Assembly (NCBI GenBank): GCA_017615125.1
Contig: JAGAAS010000017.1
Location: forward strand, 6,008-70,007
Source: Bacteroidaceae bacterium
GTDB taxonomy: Bacteria; Bacteroidota; Bacteroidia; Bacteroidales; Bacteroidaceae
Reading direction: 5' to 3'
DNA: 64,000 nucleotides
The translations under genes were made by a program, and so were the position numbers. Below the pieces are notes generated by a model. It had not been told where the DNA came from. It worked only from the letters and a program-made list of their open reading frames with translations, and did no database searches. Position 1 is the first letter of the stretch. Each line of letters begins with the position of its first letter. Shown here piece by piece: positions 9,134 to 17,134 of the stretch.

Positions 9134-9787
9134 ATGAAGAAGCTTGTCATTTTCGACCTCGACGGCACGTTGCTCAACACGATTGCAGATTTAGCGTTTG
9201 CCACTAATCACGCCCTCACGTGCTGTGGTTTCCCCACGCATGAGACTGATGAATACTGCCACTTTGTGGGACGAGGAATCAACAATCTTTTCCGCAGCGC
9301 TTTGCCTGAATCGGAACGAACCGATGAAAATGTGCTCCGCATGCGCGCAGCATTCCTTCCCTACTACAACGAGCACAACGCCGAGAACAGCAAGCCCTAC
9401 GAAGGCATCACCGAGGTACTGGAGGAGCTTCACAATGCAGGCCTTTCCCTTGCCGTCGCCAGCAACAAATACCAGCAAGCGACAGAAAAGCTCATACGTT
9501 TCTTCTTTCCCTCTATCTCCTTCTGTGCTGTCCTCGGGCAACGGGAAGGGGTTCCCATAAAGCCCGACCCTTCCATCGTTCATCTTATTTTGGAAACAGC
9601 AGGCGTTTCCGCCTCCGAAGCACTCTACGTAGGCGATTCGGGCATCGATATGCAAACGGCTGCTAATGCTCACGTCGACTCCGTAGGCGTCACCTGGGGC
9701 TTCCGTTCGGCAGAAGAACTGAGGGCAAACGGTGCAAAGCAATTGGCGCATACCCCTGATGATATCTTACGAATAGCTTTATCCTAA
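9134..9787 (+). CDS. HAD-family hydrolase (phosphoglycolate phosphatase-like)
   Basis: 217 aa with DxDxT motif FDLDGTLLNT and C-terminal GDSGIDMQTA. Confidence 0.85.
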   Translation: MKKLVIFDLDGTLLNTIADLAFATNHALTCCGFPTHETDEYCHFVGRGINNLFRSALPESERTDENVLRMRAAFLPYYNEHNAENSKPYEGITEVLEELHNAGLSLAVASNKYQQATEKLIRFFFPSISFCAVLGQREGVPIKPDPSIVHLILETAGVSASEALYVGDSGIDMQTAANAHVDSVGVTWGFRSAEELRANGAKQLAHTPDDILRIALS

Positions 9788-9805
9788 CCTTTTTTTATTA
9801 GTCTC

Positions 9806-10780
9806 ATGATTGTACGAAAGAAATACAACGGCACCCCTTTCTTCCAGCCGAGTGACATGATGGCAGAACTCATCAGCCGCCAATACAGCCTGTTGCAGGT
9901 TGTGAGCCGTTTTGGTATGACGCTCGGCGTAGGCGAGAAAAGCGTTTCCGAAGTCTGCCAGCTTAACGGAGTCGATACGAACACCTTCCTTGCCGTCATC
10001 AACTACGTCGGTAACGGATGCAGCCCTGAGTTTATACCTGAACCCGATGCCATTTCTCTCCCTTCACTTCTGAAGTATCTGCGTGAGTCACACACTTATT
10101 TCCTCGAATACAGTCTCCCGTCCATTCGCCGCAAGCTTATCGGAACCATCAACTATTCGTCATCCAACGAGTTCTCCTTCCTTATTTTAAAATACTACGA
10201 CAGCTTCTGCGAGGAAGTCCGGGCACACCTCGACTACGAGAACAAGATTGTCTTCCCGCACGTCGACGCCCTCCTCTCCCATCGGGCGACAGACTTCACC
10301 ATCGACGCTTTTGATACCGAGCACGACGAGACAGCTGACGGAAAGCTCAACGAGCTGAAAAACATCATCATTCGATACTACTCCTCCCCTTCGGAAAGCA
10401 ACTACGCACTCAACGATGTCTTGTCCGACATCTTCATCTGCAACGAAGAACTTGACGCACACGGGCTAGTAGAAGAGAACCTTTTCCTTCCCGCCGTCAA
10501 GCTCCTTGAGGCTCACGCATCCGAGATAGACGATTTCCTCATCGACAACAGGACGGAGGATGCAGACGCCTCCCTTCTCAGCTCTCGCGAGAAAGACATC
10601 GTTGTCTGCGTCGTCAAAGGGCTGACGAACAAGGAGATTGCCGACAAGCTCAACATCAGCTTCAATACGGTTCTCACCCATCGGCGCAACATCGCACACA
10701 AACTGGAAATCCATTCTCCCGCAGGACTCACCATCTATGCTATCGTCAACGGGCTGGTAAAGCTTGAAGAACTGGAGTAA
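9806..10780 (+). CDS. RIC/ScdA-like di-iron (hemerythrin-like) domain fused to a LuxR-type HTH transcriptional regulator
   Basis: 324 aa. The N-terminal two thirds align by eye with YtfE/RIC blocks (ESHTYF, AHLDYENKIVFP, DTEHDE, HGLVEENLFLP). The C-terminus REKDIVVCVVKGLTNKEIADKLNISFNTVLTHRRNI is a LuxR/GerE HTH. Confidence 0.75.
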   Translation: MIVRKKYNGTPFFQPSDMMAELISRQYSLLQVVSRFGMTLGVGEKSVSEVCQLNGVDTNTFLAVINYVGNGCSPEFIPEPDAISLPSLLKYLRESHTYFLEYSLPSIRRKLIGTINYSSSNEFSFLILKYYDSFCEEVRAHLDYENKIVFPHVDALLSHRATDFTIDAFDTEHDETADGKLNELKNIIIRYYSSPSESNYALNDVLSDIFICNEELDAHGLVEENLFLPAVKLLEAHASEIDDFLIDNRTEDADASLLSSREKDIVVCVVKGLTNKEIADKLNISFNTVLTHRRNIAHKLEIHSPAGLTIYAIVNGLVKLEELE

Positions 10781-10880
10781 AAATGCCCCGTAGAGGCATA
10801 TTTGGGTTCTATTTCAACCAATTAATGATTTTTTGTCAAAATTTAACGAGATTGATTTTGCCAAATGAAATATTTTTCAT

Positions 10881-10888
10881 TACTTTTG
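10881..10888 (+). promoter_or_regulatory. -7 box TACTTTTG upstream of the glycogen synthase-like gene
   Basis: Exact TAnnTTTG, 27 bp before the ATG at 10915. Confidence 0.5.
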
Positions 10889-10914
10889 CATGAGAAAACC
10901 AAAAGCATGAGTTA

Positions 10915-11733
10915 ATGAAGGCAAACAGAATCCTCTTTGTTGCACAAGAAATCGTTCCTTTCACTGTTTCCAACGAGACAAGCGAAAGATGTCGTCACCT
11001 GCCGCAAGACGTTCAGGAAATGGGGCACGAGACCCGTACCTTTATGCCCAAGTGGGGCGATATCAACGAGCGCCGCAACCAGCTTCACGAAGTGATCCGC
11101 TTGTCGGGAATGAACATCATCATCAGCGACACCGACCATCCCCTCATCATCAAGGTCGCCTCGCTGCAGATGGCCCGTATGCAGATCTACTTCATCGAGA
11201 ATGACGACTACTTCAGCCATCTCCGCATCAGCGAGCCCGACTTGCTTCAGCCCGGCTTTGCCGACAACGACGAGCGCGCCATCTTCTTCTCACGAGGCGT
11301 TCTGGAAACCGTCAAGAAGCTCCGCTGGACTCCCGACGTCATTCACATACACGGATGGATCGGCGCACTCATCGGGCTATACGTGAAGGTTCTCTACAAA
11401 GACGAGCCCACCTTCCGCAACTCCAAGATCGTCCTCTCGCTCTATGACGCCCCGTTTGCTGAGCCCTTCCGCGACGACCTGCTCTCGCGCATCACTACGC
11501 GCAACATGGATGCCTTTGATGCAGGCGACATAAAGGAGCCTTTCACCTATACTACATTCATGAAGCTGGCACTCCGCTTTGCCGACGGACTCATCATCGA
11601 AACCGAGAACCCCGACGCCGAAGTTGTCGACTATGCCCGACAGCTGGGGCTGCCCGTTCTCGAATACCCGCAAGAAAACTATGCAGCTGCCTGCAACGAC
11701 TTCTACGAGCTCGTTGCTGCAAACGCAGAATAA
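10915..11733 (+). CDS. Short glycogen/starch synthase-like protein (GT5 N-terminal-domain type)
   Basis: 272 aa. ILFVAQEIVPF N-terminus and a HGWIGAL block resemble the starch synthase catalytic domain. The pairing with a DUF4270 neighbour is typical of Bacteroidota. Confidence 0.7.
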   Translation: MKANRILFVAQEIVPFTVSNETSERCRHLPQDVQEMGHETRTFMPKWGDINERRNQLHEVIRLSGMNIIISDTDHPLIIKVASLQMARMQIYFIENDDYFSHLRISEPDLLQPGFADNDERAIFFSRGVLETVKKLRWTPDVIHIHGWIGALIGLYVKVLYKDEPTFRNSKIVLSLYDAPFAEPFRDDLLSRITTRNMDAFDAGDIKEPFTYTTFMKLALRFADGLIIETENPDAEVVDYARQLGLPVLEYPQENYAAACNDFYELVAANAE

Positions 11734-11739
11734 CCTACA

Positions 11740-13152
11740 ATGAAACAGCTTTCACGTTTTCGTTCCCTGCCTGCCTGTCTCAGCTTCGTCGTGCTGCTGA
11801 TACTCTCTTTGGCAGCATGTGACGACAATACAGGCTCTATCGGTATAAGCATTACCCCAGGAACCGACTCCTTAGCCGTTAACACCCACATCTTCAACGC
11901 TACCAGCCGCTCCATTATGGCCGATTCCGTATTGGGGCGCACAAGCACCGTTTACTTCGGGCGGTATACCGATCCTGAGACAAACACCGTTCTTGAGTCA
12001 AACTTCATGACTCAGTTCAACTGCCCCGAAGGAGGAGACGTCTTCCCTCCTGCCGACAGCATCCGCGGCGACAGCGCAGTACGCACCGAAATACGGCTCT
12101 TCTATACCGACTGGTTTGGCGACGACGCTAACGCTATGCAGCTGGAGGTATTCCTCCTCGACAACCCTCTGCTGGAAGGACAGCCTTACTATACCAACGT
12201 CGACCCTTCCGATTACTGCGACACAAGCAAGGAACCCATTGCCGTCAAGACTTATACCGTCAAGGACTATGCTCTTGACGACGATGTCCTTGAGGATGAG
12301 GATCATTACCACAACGTATGCATCTCCCTGCCCAATGAATTCGGTACGAACATCATCAAAGCCTACCGGCAGCACCCCGAATACTTCGAAGGAGCCTCCT
12401 CGTTCATCGAAAACGTCTGTCAAGGAGTCTATGTGCGTTGCACGCAAGGCGATGGAACCGTTCTCTACATCAGTCAGATAGGCCTGCACGTCACCTTCGA
12501 AATGTTACGCACCGACAGCACTTTCACAACCCAGTTTATGGGTTCACAGGAAGTGCTTCAGGTCAACAGTTTCAGCAACAAAGGTTTACAGCCCCTCGTT
12601 GACGACAACGAATGCACTTGGCTGAAGACTCCCGCAGGCATCTTCACCGAAGTAACCCTCCCCGTTGAGGAAATCACCGCAGGCGACGACACCATCAACT
12701 CGGCGAAAATCGTCTTCACCCGCTACAATCGTACCATCAGCGGAGATTATCAGACAGGCGTCCCGCAGACGCTCCTTATGATACGCAAGTCAAAGATGAA
12801 GGAGTTCTTTGCCAACAACGAGCTCACCGACAATGAGACTTCCGTCTACACGTCGTTCAACAGCACCTACAACACCTACACTTTCAGCAACATAGCCAAC
12901 ATCATCCGCAGCTGCAAGAACGACTGCAACGAATGGCTGGAAGCTCATCCCGGCTCCTCGATGGAAGACTATGAGAAGCTCTTCCCCGACTGGAACCGCG
13001 TGTTGCTCGTCCCCGTGAGCCTGCTGACAACAACAAGCAACAGCGTCACAACAACCGTAGGCATCCGCCACGATCTCTCCATCGGGAGCGCCTGCCTCGC
13101 AAACGACCCGAAGCATCTGGAAATCAAAGTTATTACCAGCGCCTTCCGCTAA
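11740..13152 (+). CDS. DUF4270-like lipoprotein
   Basis: 470 aa with lipobox LAAC. It sits immediately after the short glycogen synthase gene, as in other Bacteroidota. Family assignment is from memory. Confidence 0.6.
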   Translation: MKQLSRFRSLPACLSFVVLLILSLAACDDNTGSIGISITPGTDSLAVNTHIFNATSRSIMADSVLGRTSTVYFGRYTDPETNTVLESNFMTQFNCPEGGDVFPPADSIRGDSAVRTEIRLFYTDWFGDDANAMQLEVFLLDNPLLEGQPYYTNVDPSDYCDTSKEPIAVKTYTVKDYALDDDVLEDEDHYHNVCISLPNEFGTNIIKAYRQHPEYFEGASSFIENVCQGVYVRCTQGDGTVLYISQIGLHVTFEMLRTDSTFTTQFMGSQEVLQVNSFSNKGLQPLVDDNECTWLKTPAGIFTEVTLPVEEITAGDDTINSAKIVFTRYNRTISGDYQTGVPQTLLMIRKSKMKEFFANNELTDNETSVYTSFNSTYNTYTFSNIANIIRSCKNDCNEWLEAHPGSSMEDYEKLFPDWNRVLLVPVSLLTTTSNSVTTTVGIRHDLSIGSACLANDPKHLEIKVITSAFR

Positions 13153-13304
13153 ATTGCGAACCTCCGTGCATCGAGAATCCTAATAGGATTTCCCACATCC
13201 TCCCGCAAGGAAAGGTAAACCGAAGGAGTAGCGAGTGAAAAGAAAAACAGGAATCAATTGCGCCATCTTTTCCGAATCCCAAAAGAGGAAAAGCTAAGCT
13301 CAAA

Positions 13305-13545
13305 GAATATTTCAATATGGAGAAAGAATAATTCAATATGGAGAAGGGAAAATAATTTATTCCTTCTCCATAATTTTTTTTCAAGAAGGGAAAAATTTTT
13401 TTTCTTTCTACATCTCGCGAGATTCTTTCTTCATACGGCGAGATTCCTTGAGCATATTTTTTCTATGCTCTTCCTCTGTCGCGACTCACCATAACTTGAG
13501 TAAACTCTGTTCTGGCTTCGCTGCTCCATCGGTTCTCGAAAAATC
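13305..13545. repeat. Intergenic mosaic repeat family, copy 2
   Basis: Holds the 73-nt core 13388-13460 and a 10-bp hairpin (13338-13347/13362-13371). Its right part, 13446-13543, matches 25658-25764 in inverted orientation. Confidence 0.8.
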
Positions 13546-13585
13546 CATATAGGCAAGAGACGCAAACCATATAGATAAGAAACAC

Positions 13586-13617
13586 AAAAGGGAGGCGAAC
13601 GAATCGTCTCCCCTTTT
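13586..13617 (-). terminator. Hairpin flanked by A/T runs downstream of pntB
   Basis: AAAAGGGAGGCG-aacgaat-CGTCTCCCCTTTT. On the minus strand this reads as a stem followed by TTTT. Lies between convergent genes. Confidence 0.5.
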
Positions 13618-13637
13618 CCTTATTCCGCAAAGCGGCA

Positions 13638-15233
13638 TCAAGCCATTTCGCTCATCAGTTTCTGCAGCGTTTCCTTTGCGTCGCCCAGCTCCAGATATAC
13701 CCCCTTCTCGCGCGAGTAAAGAGGATTCTCCACTCCCGCATAGCCTGGCTTGAGGTCGTAGTTGCAGATGATAACCTCGGGAGCCGCATCCACGTTAAGC
13801 ACAGGCATACCGTAGATGGGTGTTCCCTCAGCATTACGGGCTGCAGGGTTCATCACATCGTTGGCTCCCACTACCAGCACGACATCCGTCTTCGCGAAAT
13901 CGTCGTTGATAGCCTCCATCTCGAAGAGTTTCTCGTAGTCGATGTCCACTTCCGCAAGCAGCACGTTCATGTGTCCAGGCATACGTCCCGCTACAGGATG
14001 AATGGCAAAGCGCACTCTCGCACCCCGGCTCTCAAGTTTGTCTGCCAGCTGGCGCACCTGATACTGTGCCTGCGCCAGAGCCATTCCGTATCCCGGAACG
14101 ATGATGACATCCTTCGCCCTGCTGAGCACACCAGCAGCAGAAGGAGTCTCCTCCTCTTTTTCTTCCTTTAGAGCACTTGCTGCAGGAAGGGCGTCGACCT
14201 GCTGATTAAGACTCTGAACCCTCTCTTCGAGGCTCCTGACCATCTCCTCAAGTTCCTTTATCTTTTTCTCTAAATCCATAATTCGATTGATTAATTCCTG
14301 TTCTGTTTCCTTTGTCATTCCTTCCGTTTCGAGCATCTCCTCTGAGAGTTTTGGCTCTTTGATGGAGTTTTTCCTTCTGCCCCCTCCTGTAAGAATGCTC
14401 ACGAGGCTGCGGTTCATTGCCCTGCACATAATCTGCGTCAGCAACAATCCCGAGGCGCCAACGATGCCTCCGACAGCCACAAGGAAGATGTCTCCGATAG
14501 CCATTCCGGCAATAGCGCCAGCAACTCCCGAGAGAGAGTTCAGCAAGGAGATAGTGATAGGCATATCTGCCCCTCCCACGCGGAGAGCAAACCACAGGCC
14601 GAAGCAGGAGGAGCAGACAACAATTCCAATGATCAGCATCCTACCCCCTATCCCCCCGAAGCTGGCAGGAGAGCAACACGCGCTGCCGACTATCAGCACT
14701 ACCGTCAGCAGAAGGAACAACAGCGTGAATAGCGAGTGAAAAGGCCAGACGACAGGCTTCTGAGGAAGCAGCCTGTGAAGCTTGCCTGCCGCAACAAGGC
14801 TCCCCACAAGGGTAATCAACCCTATCGCAACAGCCAGCAACGCTGCGACACGCACGAAAACGTCGCTCGAGCCATCCGCAAAAGACGCACTTTGCTGCGT
14901 GCTGAATCCTACGCCCGCAACCGACAACAGGCCCACAAGCGCTGAAGCCCCTCCGCCCAAACCATTAAACAGAGCTACCGTCTGAGGCATCTGGATCATC
15001 TTCACCTTCCGCGCCATCAGGCTCCCAATCCAGGCGCCGACAATCAGCGCAGGCCAGATGGTCCAGGCAGAGAAAACCTGCCGGGAAAGCAACGTCGCCA
15101 CGATTCCCACAAGCAACGCAAAGGCAGAAAGCAGATTGCCGACAACAGCCGTTTTCACCCTGCTCATCATCGAAATTCCCGCCAGCACAAGCAGCGCCAG
15201 CAGGCTGCTGAGTAGTATCTGAAAGGTTGTCAT
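13638..15233 (-). CDS. pntB: NAD(P) transhydrogenase subunit beta with an extended coiled-coil linker
   Basis: 531 aa with a multi-TM N-terminal half and a dIII domain carrying PGYGMALAQAQ. An ~88-aa charged linker lies between them. Confidence 0.9.
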   Translation of the reverse strand: MTTFQILLSSLLALLVLAGISMMSRVKTAVVGNLLSAFALLVGIVATLLSRQVFSAWTIWPALIVGAWIGSLMARKVKMIQMPQTVALFNGLGGGASALVGLLSVAGVGFSTQQSASFADGSSDVFVRVAALLAVAIGLITLVGSLVAAGKLHRLLPQKPVVWPFHSLFTLLFLLLTVVLIVGSACCSPASFGGIGGRMLIIGIVVCSSCFGLWFALRVGGADMPITISLLNSLSGVAGAIAGMAIGDIFLVAVGGIVGASGLLLTQIMCRAMNRSLVSILTGGGRRKNSIKEPKLSEEMLETEGMTKETEQELINRIMDLEKKIKELEEMVRSLEERVQSLNQQVDALPAASALKEEKEEETPSAAGVLSRAKDVIIVPGYGMALAQAQYQVRQLADKLESRGARVRFAIHPVAGRMPGHMNVLLAEVDIDYEKLFEMEAINDDFAKTDVVLVVGANDVMNPAARNAEGTPIYGMPVLNVDAAPEVIICNYDLKPGYAGVENPLYSREKGVYLELGDAKETLQKLMSEMA

Positions 15234-15577
15234 ACTTCCCGACTTGCGCTATTCTGCCCTTCAGGGCTTCTGTTCTTCGATTTATGGAACATCATCAGCA
15301 TGCGATGCGTGACGCCAAAGCCTCCAAACACGTTGACGGCAGCCAAAGCGATAGCTATCATCCCCGCAACCTGCGAAAGCCACCCTCCGCCCGACAGCAG
15401 CGAGATGCCTGTCGTGCTGATGGCTCCTACTATCGTCACCCCCGACAACGCATTCATCCCCGACATGAGCGGTGTATGCAGCAAGCTCGGCACATTGCGT
15501 ATGATAACGTACCCAAGCACCGTGCTGACGATGAAAACTGCGATGAGGATAAACGGACTAATCATGCTTGAGAACAC
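15230..15577 (-). CDS. pntAB: NAD(P) transhydrogenase subunit alpha, part 2 (membrane)
   Basis: 115 aa with 3 TM segments. 4-nt overlap with the pntB start. Sits between pntAA and pntB. Confidence 0.85.
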   Translation of the reverse strand: MFSSMISPFILIAVFIVSTVLGYVIIRNVPSLLHTPLMSGMNALSGVTIVGAISTTGISLLSGGGWLSQVAGMIAIALAAVNVFGGFGVTHRMLMMFHKSKNRSPEGQNSASREV

Positions 15578-15579
15578 TT

Positions 15580-16740
15580 TTACATCAATCCCATAGCCTC
15601 ACGCGCTCCTGCATGCACCAGCTCGCCGCCAACGCAAACGAGCGACTTCTGAATAATCTCGTCCGTACGGTCGAGCACTATCTGCCCGTCCTTCACGAGA
15701 TACTTCACCAGGTTATAGAGGTTGTTCGAGAACATCCACGTTGAGCTGGTAGGCAGCAGTCCTGGGATATTCTTCACGCCCATAAGCGTTACGCCGTACT
15801 TCTTTTCGATGCCGCCTTTGGGAGTCAGCTCGCAGTTGCCGCCCTGATCGATGGAGATGTCGACGATAACGGAGCCTTTCTTCATCCCCTTCACCATATC
15901 CTCCGTAATAATAATAGGAGCAATTTTCCCTGGGATAAGTGCCGAGCAGAACACGATGTCCATCTCCTGGATGGTCTCCCTCAGCGCCTCACGCTCGCGC
16001 AGGAGCACATCGTGCGGCAAACGGTTGGCATACCCTCCTTCCGCTACAGCCAGCTCCGAGGGCACCGTCGTATCTATCACCTTCGCACCCAGCGAGCTGG
16101 CGTTCTCCGACGCCATCGGACGGATATCTGCAGCATACGTGATGGCTCCCAGCCGCTTGGCTGTTGCCAACGCCTGCAAGCCTGCTACTCCCACGCCGAT
16201 GACCAACACCTTTGCCGGCTTGATTTGCCCGACAGCTGTGAACATCTGGGGAACGAAGGTTGTCATCATGTCGGCAGCCATCAATATTCCCTTGTAGCCG
16301 GCACAAGTGCTCATCGATGTGAGCGCATCCATACTCTGTGCACGCGATATACGAGGGATGCCGTCGAGTGTTATTGCCGTAACGCCGCGAGCCGCAAGCC
16401 GCTTCACCATTTCGTGGTTGACGGGCGATGCCGGATGGATGAACGTCACGAGTGTCTGCCCCTCGTGCATCATATCCACCTCGTGCTTGCCTTTCTGCTC
16501 GTTCATCAGCGGCTCTTTCACCTTCAGGATCAGCTCCGCTCTGTCGTAAATCTCCTGAGGGTTGTCCACCAGCGTGGCTCCCGCCTTCACATAGTCCTCA
16601 TCGTGATAAAGCGCGCCTTCGCCCGCACCCGTCTCAACGAGCACCTCGAAGCCGTCGTTCACATACTTACCCACAGTCTCAGGCGTGGCTGCAACGCGAG
16701 CCTCGTCGTGCATAATCTCTTTTGGAATACCGATAATCAT
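15580..16740 (-). CDS. pntAA: NAD(P) transhydrogenase subunit alpha, part 1 (dI, alanine dehydrogenase-like)
   Basis: 386 aa with Rossmann motif VIGVGVAGLQA. AlaDH/PNT-type N-terminus MIIGIPKEI. Confidence 0.9.
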   Translation of the reverse strand: MIIGIPKEIMHDEARVAATPETVGKYVNDGFEVLVETGAGEGALYHDEDYVKAGATLVDNPQEIYDRAELILKVKEPLMNEQKGKHEVDMMHEGQTLVTFIHPASPVNHEMVKRLAARGVTAITLDGIPRISRAQSMDALTSMSTCAGYKGILMAADMMTTFVPQMFTAVGQIKPAKVLVIGVGVAGLQALATAKRLGAITYAADIRPMASENASSLGAKVIDTTVPSELAVAEGGYANRLPHDVLLREREALRETIQEMDIVFCSALIPGKIAPIIITEDMVKGMKKGSVIVDISIDQGGNCELTPKGGIEKKYGVTLMGVKNIPGLLPTSSTWMFSNNLYNLVKYLVKDGQIVLDRTDEIIQKSLVCVGGELVHAGAREAMGLM

Positions 16741-16779
16741 GTTATTCAGGTTTTAGATTAGATGAATTGAATTTTGATA

Positions 16780-16787
16780 CAAAAATA
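16780..16787 (-). promoter_or_regulatory. -7 box (TATTTTTG on minus) for the pnt operon
   Basis: Plus-strand CAAAAATA lies 40 bp upstream of the pntAA ATG. Confidence 0.45.
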
Positions 16788-16904
16788 CATCTTTTGCGGC
16801 TCATTAGCACGCCCAAAGGGACAATTAACATATGTTAAACTCTGCATCTTCCGAAGAAGGCAAAAAGAGTCCTCTTTTCCTCATTGAGAAGGCCTTCTCG
16901 CGTG

Positions 16905-17045
16905 CCTCGGATTTTTCTTTCTACATCTCGCCGTATGAAGAAAGAAAAAAAAATTTTCCCTTCTCGAAAAAATTTTTTGGAGAAGGAAAAAATCCGTGAA
17001 GTCAAAACTTTTTTGAGCGTTCCTCTTTTTTCGGAAAAAGGTGGC
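16905..17045. repeat. Intergenic mosaic repeat family, copy 3
   Basis: The 48-nt core 16925-16972 has at most one substitution relative to 36785-36832 and 60634-60682. A long imperfect palindrome is centred on AAAAAATTTTTT. Confidence 0.8.
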
Positions 17046-17076
17046 AAAAAATGCACCTTCTCTCAAGCCTTACGAC

Positions 17077-17110
17077 GAAAAGCGAGGCAACGAATGTCGC
17101 TGCCCCGCCT
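17077..17110 (-). terminator. Hairpin plus T-run downstream of the GH51 gene
   Basis: On the minus strand: GGCAGCG-acatt-CGTTGCC (one G-T pair) followed by CGCTTTTCG. Confidence 0.35.
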
Positions 17111-17134
17111 GAGGAATGAATCACTCCCTTGCTT

